A stretch of DNA of 64,000 nucleotides from a bacterium (GTDB lineage Bacteria; SAR324; NAC60-12): the NCBI GenBank assembly GCA_965205865.1, contig CBDBHR010000030.1:224001-288000 (forward strand), written 5' to 3'. Shown piece after piece: positions 1 through 10,493 of the stretch (within the stretch, counting starts at the first letter, position 1; every line of letters begins with the position of its first letter). The notes under the pieces were generated by a model. The model searched no databases. It was not told the origin of the DNA and saw only the letters and a program-made list of their open reading frames with translations. A program made the translations under genes and the position numbers.

Positions 1-352
1 TGGTGTTAAAAAAATGACTTGCTTTTTTGATAAGTCGTTCCACCTTTTTACGACTCACCGTCTGCTCTTGATAGTCCGCTTAATTTCTCAATTCTAAGGC
101 CTCCATTAAATACCCTTGTAACCCTGGATACGTTTTCTGCCTTTTTACGAGTCGTTTAGCAAATTCCGATTGTACCCAATCATGTTTGTTATCTTCTTTC
201 GCTGAAGTGTAGTCATAATGGATCAACGCTGCTAAAGCTGCCTGATACATGGCATAATATATTCTATTGACGCCAGCGTTGATATGTTGATTTTTAAGAC
301 ACCATTCAGCTACTTGAAGATTTTCTTCCGCCTTTTCAAGAAAGGGTATCAT
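1..352 (-). pseudogene. HEPN domain protein with in-frame nonsense codon; runs off window start
   Basis: ORF 80..352 has a HEPN-like N-terminus (AEENLQVAE...NRIYYAMYQAALA). The frame reads ...ELRN*ADYQEQTVSRKKVERLIKKASHFFNT past the TAA at 80-82, so the stop sits inside the RxxADY motif. Confidence 0.75.
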
Positions 353-556
353 GATCCCTGGTGCTTCATTCAGATTGACAACCTGCCGTCCTTCCGCTAA
401 TTCTGAAAAGAAAACTCAACAATGACGCAAGTTTGATTGCTATTTTTTGCTGTAATCCTTGCCACAGGCACCTTAAAAAATAACAAAAGCAGGAATAAGT
501 TAAAAGATAAAATATTAGAAAGTCAAATATAATAAAGGACGAAGATAGAGCAAAAG

Positions 557-1276
557 GTCACCGTAAAGAACTGACTTATAGTGGTTTCCAGCCACCTTTC
601 GTCATTCCTCCGGTACAAATCCGGACATGCGCTGCTAACGCATCCGGCTCCTGCTTCGAGTCAGACGCTCAAACGTTGATTCGGATACGGGTGGGTTGTC
701 CTTACAGAAGGAATGTGTAGTTTGAGCAGTACTTTGAAGCGTTCTTGGTGGATCCTCCGGTGCAGATCGTTAATCCGCTCCATGAGATTGATGCCATAGT
801 CCCTCCAGGTCTCCTCGTCCACTCCCGCCGCTGAATTGCGATTGAGATCAAAGTAAGCTCTCCGCCGCCGCTTCATCGCTACTACGAACTTGTCCGACTT
901 CCTGAAGACGTAGATATCGGGGTTATTTATTAATTTTCCCGATCCGACTACCAATGGAATGTTGACAGTCATCCTCAGGATCTCCCAGGTTCCGATCAAG
1001 AAACTTCCACACATGCGCCGGGTCTTTGACTCCGCCAGGCTCGACCGGGACTCACGCTAACGCCTTCGGTTGATGTTGCCTTCCCCACCAGACCACAAGG
1101 TCAGCGCCTGAAACTATGATTTCGGAGCTCAATACCGAGCCTATGTTCTCCCTTGTCAACGCTTAGCGCCTATCCTTGTGAATAACCACTCATGACTCGG
1201 GGACTCGGCGGGTCGTTACTGCCTTACCGAGTAAGAGACTTTCACTCTCTATTTCTTGCCAGCTTTCCTGGCGCAT
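557..1276 (-). mobile_element. Group II intron (family A, copy 1), RT ORF internally deleted
   Basis: Near-identical to 46835..47526. Domain V/VI-like 3' end (GAGCCGGATGCG...CTTTACGGTGAC); 5' end ATGCG (GTGCG in the other copy). Residual ORF carries RT0-like AYFDLNRNSAAGVDEETWRDY joined to a maturase-like C-terminus HPYPNQRLSV. 5' exon is GGGTCAGGCT. Confidence 0.9.
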
Positions 1277-1455
1277 AGCCTGACCCAATTTCTAGACTAC
1301 CAGGCCGTCATTGACTAAAAGTCCACATGAAAATCATGAAATGTGCTTTCGTGACTTTTTCGGCAGACCCTACTTGGTTATGAAGGCAGCGCCCGTTGGC
1401 CCGGAAGCAATGCGGTTGGATGGGTTTTACGACCCGATTGGAGAGAGTGTTGCTG

Positions 1456-2424
1456 CTAAGCGAAGGGGTTGATCAGTCGGGCCAGGAGGCCTCGTTTGCG
1501 TTTCCTCCCTACGGTGCCATAACTGCCCTGTCCGCCCCGCAGCCGGGGATCCAGCAGGTCCCTCACCGCGTCGCCGAACATGTTGAGGGAGTAGACGGTA
1601 ATCGTCAGAGCAAGACCGGGAAAGAGAGCCAGCCGTGGCGCCGTCTCCATGTATTCACGCCCTTCCCGGCTGAGCATTCCTCCCCACTCAGGAATCGAGA
1701 ATGGCAGCCCGTATCCGAGGAAGCTCAGAGAAGCCAAAGACATAATCACCCCCCCGATGTTAATGGAGAAGATAATGATGACGGGTGCCATAATATTGGG
1801 CAGGACATGGCGGATCAGGATTTGGCTCGTGGGGGTGCCCACAGCCTGGGCTGCCAGAAAATAGTCATTCTCTTTGATAGCGATCACGGCGCTTCTGATG
1901 ATTCTTGAGCCGCCGATGCCTCCGGCGATCCCCAGGACCACGATGATCTGGAGGAGACCCTTTCCCACAATGGACATGATGGTCAGCAAAAGCAGCAGTC
2001 CCGGGAAACACATCCAGGCGTCGACAAAGCGCTGAACCACCAGGTCCAGTTTCCCACCCAGGAATCCGGAAGTGCCGCCGATCAGGGTACTGATCACAAC
2101 ACTAAGAGCGGTCGTGGCCAGGCCGACAAGTAACGAAACACGAGCCCCGAACATAAGGCGGCTCAAGAAGTCTCGCCCCAACTTGTCGGTCCCCAGGAGA
2201 TACTGGGCTGATGGGCCTTTCATGATGTCACGAATGTGTGCTTCATCATAGGGATAAGGAGTCAGAACATCGGCAAAGATCGCCACAAAAATCAAGAGCA
2301 AGACGATCATCCCGCAGAACGCCCCCAGCGGCTTCTCCTTGAGAAGCCTGCGGAAGAAATCCACAAACCGGCTTCGTCGCTTGGGCTCACTGACGGCGGA
2401 GGGTGCCTCTGTGGCATTGCTCAT
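1456..2424 (-). CDS. Peptide/nickel ABC transporter permease (DppC/OppC-like)
   Basis: LLGTDKLGRD motif, EAA-like loop (AAQAVG...ILIRHVLPN), GDAVRDLLDPR C-terminus. Confidence 0.92.
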   Translation of the reverse strand: MSNATEAPSAVSEPKRRSRFVDFFRRLLKEKPLGAFCGMIVLLLIFVAIFADVLTPYPYDEAHIRDIMKGPSAQYLLGTDKLGRDFLSRLMFGARVSLLVGLATTALSVVISTLIGGTSGFLGGKLDLVVQRFVDAWMCFPGLLLLLTIMSIVGKGLLQIIVVLGIAGGIGGSRIIRSAVIAIKENDYFLAAQAVGTPTSQILIRHVLPNIMAPVIIIFSINIGGVIMSLASLSFLGYGLPFSIPEWGGMLSREGREYMETAPRLALFPGLALTITVYSLNMFGDAVRDLLDPRLRGGQGSYGTVGRKRKRGLLARLINPFA

Positions 2425-2447
2425 ATTAAGGCCTTTCGCGCCAGCGA

Positions 2448-3150
2448 CTATTCATACCGCACTCTCGGATCCAAATACGGATAAATCAGGTCGATCAGTA
2501 GAATGTTAAGCATCACCACGCCGGATAAAACCAGGTTTATTCCGGAGACCATCGTGTAATCTCTGCCTTCGAGTGCCATCAGAAAGAGACGACCCAGCCC
2601 CGGCAGGTTGAAGATGTTCTCTATGATAACGGAGCCACCTACCAGCAGAGGCAACTGCAGGCCAATCAGGGTAACTATCGGGATGAGGGCATTTTTGATG
2701 GTGTGCCGGATAATCACGACCCGTTCCTTGAGACCCTTGGCCCAGGCCGTCCGGATATAGTCCTGCCGGAGCACCTCCAGCATCATGGTGCGCGTCAACC
2801 GCATCGTGCCTGCAGACATGGCCGTCCCCAGAATCAGGCTGGGAATGATGAGCACCCCGAGATTCCCCAGGCGGGTCTTTTGTGAAAGTAATCAGCCGCA
2901 TCGGTGGCGACCAGCCCCACCAGAGTGCCGGGTAGATCATGACCATAATTCCCAGCCAGAAGTTCGGCGTGGCCAGGCTGATGATGGCGACCGAGCGCCC
3001 CAGGTAGTGGGCGGCGGTATCCTGGCAAATCGCCGAGTAGATACCCACCGGCAGCGCGATCACCAGCCCGATGAGGATGGCCGGGAGCCCCAGCTCAAGG
3101 GTGACTGGCAGTCTCTCTATGATCTTCTTCTCCACCGCCCAACCGCCCAT
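2448..3150 (-). pseudogene. Peptide ABC transporter permease (DppB/OppB-like), frameshifted and 5'-truncated
   Basis: ORFs 2506..3150 and 2448..2855 join at a 1-nt frameshift near 2871 (KDP/LGNLG). The N-terminal third is missing; a TA module lies where it should be. Confidence 0.85.
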
Positions 3151-3257
3151 CTTTTCTTTTTTGAAGCGTAGTTTTGCTTAATTCCCGGGGTTCATGTAGA
3201 ATTTGAAAAATAGGGCATAATCCCTTTGTCACAGCAACGATTTTCAAAAAGGTTAGC

Positions 3258-3482
3258 ATGGAATTTACCACAACGGTTAAGGGGTTTCCCACTCAAGTCC
3301 AACTTCATCACCTTTCAGCTGATGCTGAGATACGAGTGATTGTCGAAGCAAAGCAAGCAGAGCAGAAGAGTCCGTATATTCAAATTGGGGATAAAGCGGC
3401 CTTTGAAGAATTTAAGGCAGTTGATCCTGAACCGGGGGCAAGATTGGCTTCGGATATTATCTATGAACATCGCAAACCCTAA
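3258..3482 (+). CDS. Putative antitoxin (partner of the PIN toxin)
   Basis: 74 aa ORF directly upstream of a PIN-domain gene; ends in ASDIIYEHR, a typical VapB-like tail. Confidence 0.6.
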   Translation: MEFTTTVKGFPTQVQLHHLSADAEIRVIVEAKQAEQKSPYIQIGDKAAFEEFKAVDPEPGARLASDIIYEHRKP

Positions 3483-3483
3483 G

Positions 3484-3972
3484 ATGAAGTTCTATTTCGA
3501 TACTTCTGCCCTGGTCAAGGAATTTGTCAATGAAACCGGTTCCGCTGAAGTCAAACAATATGTTGTGGAGAAGGTTCATCAAGAAGATGTCGTATTTTCT
3601 ACGGCTGTCATTACAAAAGCGGAGATTGCCGCAGCGTTGTCAGCAATGCGTCGCAATCGAGAGTTGACCCAACCAAAATTAGATGAAGCAGTAAGCAGGT
3701 TTCAGAAAAGATGGAAACTCTTCAACATTGTCAATGCGTCTCTTGCTGTTATTGAAAAATCGTATCAGATCGGGTTGCAACATAAAATTAAAGGGAGTGA
3801 TGCCTTTCAATTAGCTTCGGCTTTGATAGACGGAACGGAATTGCTGATTTCATGTGATCAAGATTTAAACGCAGCTGCAAAAAAGGAAGGGATACAGGTC
3901 TGGAATCCGATGAATGGCAGGTTTGAACCGATCAAAGAAGAGCCTGAGCCGAGCGATGACCAAGAGAGATGA
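3484..3972 (+). CDS. VapC-family PIN-domain toxin
   Basis: MKFYFDTSALVK...E...DAFQLASA...SCDQDL PIN motifs; ATG at 3484. Confidence 0.88.
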   Translation: MKFYFDTSALVKEFVNETGSAEVKQYVVEKVHQEDVVFSTAVITKAEIAAALSAMRRNRELTQPKLDEAVSRFQKRWKLFNIVNASLAVIEKSYQIGLQHKIKGSDAFQLASALIDGTELLISCDQDLNAAAKKEGIQVWNPMNGRFEPIKEEPEPSDDQER

Positions 3973-3985
3973 GCACCAAGCAAAT

Positions 3986-4021
3986 AAAAAACCCTCCCAT
4001 CCACACCGTGGGTGGGAGGGT
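3986..4021 (-). terminator. Rho-independent terminator downstream of the solute-binding protein gene
   Basis: Hairpin ACCCTCCCA...TGGGAGGGT with an A-tract on the left (U-tract on the minus strand). Confidence 0.7.
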
Positions 4022-4049
4022 AGCTAATGTGAACGGGTAGGTGGTTCGG

Positions 4050-6038
4050 TTAGAACCCCATTTCTTTCTTCAGATCGTGGTCAATCCACAGGTAAGGTAA
4101 AACCAAAATGGGGTAAGCATTACTGCCTCCCAATTCGGCTTCACCGTTATAACCTATGACCCACGGCTGGGTCACATTAAAACTTGGAGTTCTCGGGCCT
4201 GCTATCCACCAGTGATTCTCTATGATGTACATATCGGCCTCTTTAACCAGCCTTATCTGCTCCTCAAGAGTAGTAGCTGCGTCGACGGCTCTAACCATGG
4301 CGTCATAAACCGGATCATTGACGTTGGGGGTGTTCCAGAGATGACCCTTGGTAGGGCTGGATATTGCAGGAAAAGCGCCATAGTCGACGTTGGTGCTGTC
4401 AGTTATCAGACCTTTCATTTGATGCCCTTGTATACGAGCGTTATGAGTGGTTCGATCATTTAAACTCATCTCTACACCAATGCCAATGGCACGAAAGTAT
4501 TCCACGGCTATCTGGAAATAGTCTAAATCGAAGAACTCGTAGTGCTCATAGGTGGTCTGGAATCTAACGCCGTCGGCGCCGCGCGGATATCCAGCCTCAT
4601 CAAGCAACGCTTCTGCCGTTTCCGGGTCATACTTGTAGTATTGTTTGAGTTCTTCGGACCACTCCTCAAATGGGGTGAGATGATCGACAAGACCTAACCC
4701 TATACGCCCTGTTCGTGTCGTATCTGCCCAGCCATTGAAGTAGGTAGCGTTGATTGTCTCCCAGTCGATTGCCATCTGCAGTGCCCTCCGCACTCTGATG
4801 TCGCTCCAGGGCTCTATCTGCGTATTAAAAGTAAAAGCCGTCTCCGCTCGAAATGAAAATGGCCATACGTTCACTTCGGGGTTGGTCCGCTGGAGGCTTA
4901 CCGCCGCGTCGACTTTAATTAGCTGAGTGTTGCCCGCCCTACCGAGGTAATCAGCCTTACCCGAGCGAATTAACGCCAGATGTGTCGCTCTATCCTTCGA
5001 AACCAGGATCCTTATCTCGTCAAGATAAGGCAGGCGGTTCTCCGGGTATTTTGGGTCGTAGCGCCAGTAGTTAGGATTCTTGACATAGGTGATAGAGCTG
5101 CCCTCCACCCAGTCAGTTAGCTCAAAGGGCCCGGTGCCGACCACATTCTTCCAATCGGTAACGTCGCCATATTGTTCGACTACCTCGCGGGCCACTATAG
5201 GAGTGTTACCTCCAATGGAGATTTCCTTCAGCGATGATATGGTCGGTGACTTCAGCTTAAAAACAACCGTCCAATCGTCGCTGGCCGTTACCGATTCAAC
5301 ATTGAAGTAACCGAGCTGAATATCTATGCCGGGTTCGGTGAAGCCGCTACCCAGTCCCAATATACGCTGAAAGCTAAATTCGACATCATAAGCCGTCAAT
5401 TCTCTCCCATTCATTGGGGCCTTATTATGCCAGTGAACGCCCTTGCGGATGTGAAAGATAATAGTTTGTAGGTCGGGTTGCTCCCAGCTTTCAGCCAGCA
5501 GCCCTGTTATGAGAGAGTCAGGGATGAACGTTGTTCTAAAATTAAATACGTCCCTATCTATTGCCCAGTTCGCAGTGCCGAGCGTCTCATTAACCACCCC
5601 GATTTTGTATGGGGCCGAGCCCCGGAAATAGGGATCAATCGGGTCTCCCTCCCCTAATCCGGTGCTGACGAAGGTGAGTGTCCCGCCGTACTCTGGTGCG
5701 GTCACGAGCTTGCCAGTACTGGGGTCGGTGACATACTTGGCTGCCCAGACCTGGCCAGCCATGAAGACGCTTGCTCCCAGGATGAGAGCCAGCAGGGTTG
5801 CGCTCAATTTTGAGCTACTTTTTTGAGTATCCATCTTTTTCCTTTCGAATGGATGTTGAGAATTAAGGATTGATTTGAAACCTGCCTTCATTCCCGAAAG
5901 CAGGTTCTCGAGGATTCCTCTACTTTTTTGACGATTCATGGTGCTCCTTTCTGCTTTTTGATTAAAAACAAGATTGCGGGTTGCTTTAAAACCTGCTTTC
6001 GTTCCCGAAAGCACGTTCTTGACGATTTCTCTACACAT
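4050..6038 (-). CDS. ABC transporter substrate-binding protein, family 5 (DppA/OppA-like)
   Basis: LAESWE...GVHWH...TAYDVEFS, GTGPF and RVRRALQMAID motifs. A signal peptide follows the ATG at 5834, the likely main start. Confidence 0.9.
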   Translation of the reverse strand: MCREIVKNVLSGTKAGFKATRNLVFNQKAERSTMNRQKSRGILENLLSGMKAGFKSILNSQHPFERKKMDTQKSSSKLSATLLALILGASVFMAGQVWAAKYVTDPSTGKLVTAPEYGGTLTFVSTGLGEGDPIDPYFRGSAPYKIGVVNETLGTANWAIDRDVFNFRTTFIPDSLITGLLAESWEQPDLQTIIFHIRKGVHWHNKAPMNGRELTAYDVEFSFQRILGLGSGFTEPGIDIQLGYFNVESVTASDDWTVVFKLKSPTISSLKEISIGGNTPIVAREVVEQYGDVTDWKNVVGTGPFELTDWVEGSSITYVKNPNYWRYDPKYPENRLPYLDEIRILVSKDRATHLALIRSGKADYLGRAGNTQLIKVDAAVSLQRTNPEVNVWPFSFRAETAFTFNTQIEPWSDIRVRRALQMAIDWETINATYFNGWADTTRTGRIGLGLVDHLTPFEEWSEELKQYYKYDPETAEALLDEAGYPRGADGVRFQTTYEHYEFFDLDYFQIAVEYFRAIGIGVEMSLNDRTTHNARIQGHQMKGLITDSTNVDYGAFPAISSPTKGHLWNTPNVNDPVYDAMVRAVDAATTLEEQIRLVKEADMYIIENHWWIAGPRTPSFNVTQPWVIGYNGEAELGGSNAYPILVLPYLWIDHDLKKEMGF

Positions 6039-6268
6039 TGTGTCTCCTTCATTTTGGAGTGATCAAAAAATCGATTCATTGGCTCCAGGATGGGGCAATG
6101 AACCCTGAGCTTTCAATCCCCATTCTCTTGAGAAATTTCCATTTGCTGAAATGAACTTTGGTGTAATTTAAGGATCTCTCCCTGAAGTCGAGATGACATA
6201 AAGGGAGACAACCCAATGAACTTGGGATTGAGGACTTGTGACTTGTTGCTTGGAACTTATTTGGGACT

Positions 6269-6352
6269 GGGAACTGGGAACTGGGAACTGGGAACTGGGA
6301 ACTGGGAACTGGGAACTGGGAACTGGGAACTGGGAACTGGGAACTGGGAACT
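6269..6352. repeat. Heptanucleotide tandem repeat (GGGAACT)x12
   Basis: Read directly from the sequence. Confidence 0.97.
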
Positions 6353-6486
6353 GGTTTTTAAGTATACTCTCATAGCCACCTCATTGTCAATATTTTTTAT
6401 ACTTGAAACAGGTTAATTTCAGACTTTCATGCCATCCTGACGGTCCGCCGATGTGGCAAATCGAAGGATCGCCTTATTGCTCTTCT

Positions 6487-6826
6487 GTCCTATCTCAGGG
6501 CATAAAGTTAATAAATTTCTTGCCAATCTCTCGGTATTTTAACGAAATGCAGTGAAAATCTTGCTCAAATGTAACAAAATCTGACAGCTTTCAGAGACAG
6601 AATAAAGAGATTAAAATGGTAAGTCAAGCATTTCTCTAAAAAAAAAAAAAGAATAAAATATTATTGAACAACCCGTCCTATCTCAGGGCATAAAGTTAAT
6701 AAATTTCTTGCCAGTCTCTAACGGTATTTTAACGAAATGCAGTGAAAATCTTGCTCAAATGTAACAAAATCTGACAGCTTTCAGAGACAGAATAAAGAGA
6801 TTAAAATGGTAAGTCAAGCATTTCTC
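6487..6826. repeat. Direct duplication of ~150 bp (6487..6636 and 6675..6826)
   Basis: Near-identical text from GTCCTATCTCAGGG to GCATTTCTC in both copies. Confidence 0.92.
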
Positions 6827-6878
6827 AAAAAAAGATAACTATTCAGGTCTCTGAAAAACCCGTTTATTAAATATCATT

Positions 6879-7190
6879 AAAAAAGATTCCCGGGGAGGAT
6901 CCATCGTTTTCAAGTCCTCTCACGATATTGTTCAATCGATCAAGCGGGAACCCTCATCTTTCACTCAAACAACTCAGCGATGACATGATCATAGCACAAA
7001 ACAACGCAATGTCAACCCCCCAAGGCAAAATAAATGCGGGATTCGCAAAAAAAAACAAAAAATCAATAAATCTGCTCAAATCCGGGAACAGTCAGAAGCC
7101 GTTCAGTTCAATAACATTGAAAAAAGATTCCCGGGAAGGATCCATCGTTTTCACGTCCTCCCACGATAATGTTCAATCGATCTGGAACCC
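6879..7190. repeat. Diverged ~65 bp direct repeat (about 6879..6945 and 7119..7185)
   Basis: AAAAAAGATTCCCGGG.AGGATCCATCGTTTTCA.GTCCTC.CACGATA.TGTTCAATCGATC occurs twice. Confidence 0.8.
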
Positions 7191-7639
7191 TCCGCGAGAG
7201 CGACCCTTGTTTTTACATGAACTTTTGCTCTTGCGACTTGCATCGGTGGATGGAGGCTTACTCGAGTTTGGTTGATCAAAAAAACCGACTCATTAGTGTA
7301 TCGCACTTTATGAGTTTGAAAATAATTCCTTGGTGTGCTTTACTAGGGGCTGTCTTTTTTTTTGCAATATATGGAGATTGCATGAAGAAAGCACTAAGGA
7401 ATGAAATTTAAATAAGTTAGAAGTATGGATACGCAAAATTAGGGGACAGGTAACAGCAGGAAAACAGTAGAGTTGGGATGCGCAGCGCTGTACATGTCCC
7501 CCAATTTTGCTCACACCATTGGAAAAATTACAGGTTATTTAAGGTTTGTTCCTAAGTGTAGACTGACCCAGGAAGAACGGGATGGATTGAGCAAAACCGC
7601 CCTCCGTTAAACCGGAGCGATGCGAGACACTCTTCCATT

Positions 7640-7735
7640 TCACTTCGAAACTCAAGGATGTCATCGCTTTGTACATGAATCATCCTGAGAAAGCGCTGGT
7701 CTTGAGCGTCGATGAGAAATCACAAAACCAGGTAT
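7640..7735 (+). pseudogene. IS630-family transposase remnant
   Basis: [27 protein letters not shown] matches the IS630 first catalytic-D motif (LYLNPP..ALVL.VDEK.QIQ). Confidence 0.75.
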
Positions 7736-7749
7736 TTGTAACCAGCCCT

Positions 7750-9840
7750 ATGAAAACACATACCACCAGCTATACGCCAACTCATACCATCAGTGTAACC
7801 CACACGCTAGAAGAGCCACGGGCAACCAAAAGCGTCAATTCACGGGCCCAACTGGCAGAGTACGTGTCGCGAGGTTTCATTTTGCTGACACCCGAGGAGC
7901 TGGGTGTGGACGCCAGCATTCACCCGCGAATCCACCAGCAAACAACGAAAGCGCTGAATGCACTGGAGCAGCAGCGCGCAAAGAGACAAGAAACTATGCC
8001 GTCCGGTGCCGTACGTGTGGCTCCACGAGAGCAGGTGGGCAGGGGACTCCATCCTGGAGTTTCTCAAGCGCGGGCGGAGTAAAAACCGCCACGCTGACCG
8101 GTGCTGCGGAGGAGGAATCGGTAACAGAAAAGGCGATCTTTGCTGCCAACCTTGCTGCGGAAGTGCCAGAGCTGTCCGAGATTTTTGCCTCACCAGGGCT
8201 CACCGTAGTAGTGGAAGGCATCCTTGGCCCAGGTTGGGCGATCGTGCCCTTTGGAAGCAACGTGATCTCGGCCGGCTCCTATGATCAGCACTGGCACAAG
8301 GACGACCTACTTCCATGGAATGCGCGAAAACCAGGCCTCCGTCACCATCACCTCGAAACCGTTGACATGTTCTACTACCCGCAGGAGGTCCCAGAGACTA
8401 TGGCACCGACGGCGATCGTGCCACACTCACAATACTGGACCTTCGACCACGATGAGAACAACGACAACATCTGCCTTGAAATGCTGGACTACAACTTTGT
8501 GCGAGAGAAAATGGGCGCAAATCCTGACCTCGCAGAGCGGGACCGACGCTTCGACAGTGCCGTTGCAGGCACTCAGTGGCCACTTGTCCGCCAGGTCAAG
8601 CTGTGCGTACCAGCAGGCTCCATTGTGCTAATGAACCCAAACTGCTTCCACCGAGGGCAGCGGCGCAGTGATGACCCATCACTCTGGGTTGAGAACCCTC
8701 GCTATATGTGGCGATTTTGGATGTACCGGACGGTGGAACCACCGCAGGCGCCATCGAGCGATCCGTCTCCGTCAGAGAATGAGAATGCCTGCATGCGGCT
8801 GTTACCTGCAGTGGACCAGCTTACCGGCATACCTCTGCACTCTCCGGAAGCGGCGGCGGTGTGGGAGCCTATCTTCGCGTGGGCTACCGGCACGGCACAG
8901 CCAAGCGTTGCAACGCCCCAGCCCACCGAGGAGCTTGAGAAGATGTTGTACCTCCGCGGAGACGAGAATGAGCCGCAGCGAGTTGCCGCCGCCTACCACC
9001 TGGCAAAGGCAACACAGGGAGTCGAGGTGCTGAGGCGGGCCTTCGTGGACGACCGCGAGAGTGTGCGACGCGCGGCCACCCACGGCATCGTCGCCGCAGG
9101 CGCCGATGCTGCGTGCGAGGTTGCGTTGGACGTAGCCCTGTCGCCTTCGACCCACAAATGGGCGAGGAAGAATGCAGCGTGGGCCCTCGGCGAGACAGCC
9201 CCCGCAGAGCCTGAGGTTGTGGACGCCCTCCGGGAGCTGCTCAAGCGCGAGCATTCGGTCCACGTTCGCGCTACCTGCGCAGCGTCACTCGGTCTTGTCG
9301 GACGGCGCGCCTTACGCGACGGCAGGTTCGAGGTAGCGGCTAGGGTGGTTTCGGCACTACTCGAATGCCTCGAAAGAGAGGAGAACCGACCGTGCCAGGC
9401 CATCGCTCAGAATCGAGGAATATACGACATTCGGCCGACGGATGAGTCAGACATGTGTGAAGGCAGCGGCGCTACCGCCCGGCGAGCTTTCGCAAGCTGT
9501 GGTCCGGCCTGACGGCAAACCACGCTTCGCACAAGTGCGTTCGGCGGTTCGCGAGAATGCGCTGTGGGCGGCCGTGACGTTAGCAACGCAACAAGGCTCC
9601 GGCAACACTCGTCTGTCCAGCGCATCTATCGAGGAGTTGCGCCGTGGAATGTTGCGCGTGATCGCAACCGACGACAACATTGTGTGCTTCGGCTTCGCTT
9701 TGGATGCGTTTTGCCGACTCTCGGCCGCGCAAGGAGGCGAGGCGATTGTGGAAGCGCGACAGCTGGTTGCCTCTGAGCCAGTGGTGTGCGTAGCCAGTAT
9801 ATGGCAAGCGCAGCGGCTTACCGATGGGCTACTGACGTGA
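7750..9840 (+). pseudogene. GC-rich PhyH-like dioxygenase plus HEAT-repeat protein, split by two frameshifts
   Basis: QHWHKD...FHRG dioxygenase-like motifs and HEAT repeats (RESVRRAATHGI, WARKNAAWALGE). Reading frames 7750..8082, 8163..9512 and 9442..9840 are colinear. Confidence 0.65.
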
Positions 9841-10089
9841 GTACCGGTGAAATGCCTCATGGTGAGGTGGTTTCTCTCGGCATAAGCGGTGATTCTCCTG
9901 CCAACAAACCGCGAGACAGCTTTTTTCCTGATCCGGATCTAATTGTGACTGAGCACTCACATGAACCAAGTGGAATTTTCATCGCCCTGCGGGACATGTT
10001 CTCTGAACAGAGGCTTGTTGATGCAGAAAAAAATGGTTAGAGTAGCAGACAGGCATGCGCCTTCTTCCAAGGGGCTGAAGTTCGCCCCT

Positions 10090-10154
10090 TTTTTGTTCTC
10101 AATTGCGCTGAAACTCACCCCATCCAAACCGGGCGAGCCTTGTTGGGGTCTCAT
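10090..10154 (-). pseudogene. Tiny group II intron RT (RT0) remnant
   Basis: QGSPGLDGVSFSAIE resembles the conserved NKG.PG.DG..F..IE motif. Confidence 0.45.
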
Positions 10155-10224
10155 TCAAACGGAAGCATTAATATCTTTTTTCTCCAAGAACCATCCCTGA
10201 AAAAACAGTGCTGAATAAAGGCAA

Positions 10225-10491
10225 TCAGGACGAGCGGTTGGGAACAACAGGCGTATTGACCTTTAATGCGGATTGACCTTTGTTATTGTAAAGAATTTCA
10301 ATCTCCAGACTGGTTCGATTGATCGTGAAATATCGGGAAATCACTCGATAGAGATCACCTTTCAATTTATTGAGATCATTCTCCGAAAGGCCGGTTCGTT
10401 CTCGGGTCAACACCAGTTGCAGACGGTTTTTGGCAGTTTGCGCGCTTTTCCCCCTGGTCTGGCCAAACATTTTTTTCAACTTTGTAAACAT
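10225..10491 (-). CDS. minE: Cell division topological specificity factor MinE
   Basis: SAQTAKNRLQLVL...R motif; downstream of minD. Confidence 0.93.
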   Translation of the reverse strand: MFTKLKKMFGQTRGKSAQTAKNRLQLVLTRERTGLSENDLNKLKGDLYRVISRYFTINRTSLEIEILYNNKGQSALKVNTPVVPNRSS

Positions 10492-10493
10492 AA

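Noticed and set aside
661-1014. Intact reverse transcriptase or retron
   Set aside because: Only an RT0 fragment and the C-terminal tail remain, with no YADD; the N-terminal part of the ORF is intron RNA.
6216-6416. ORF with GTGNWEL repeats
   Set aside because: It is a translation of the heptamer DNA repeat, with no other coding evidence.
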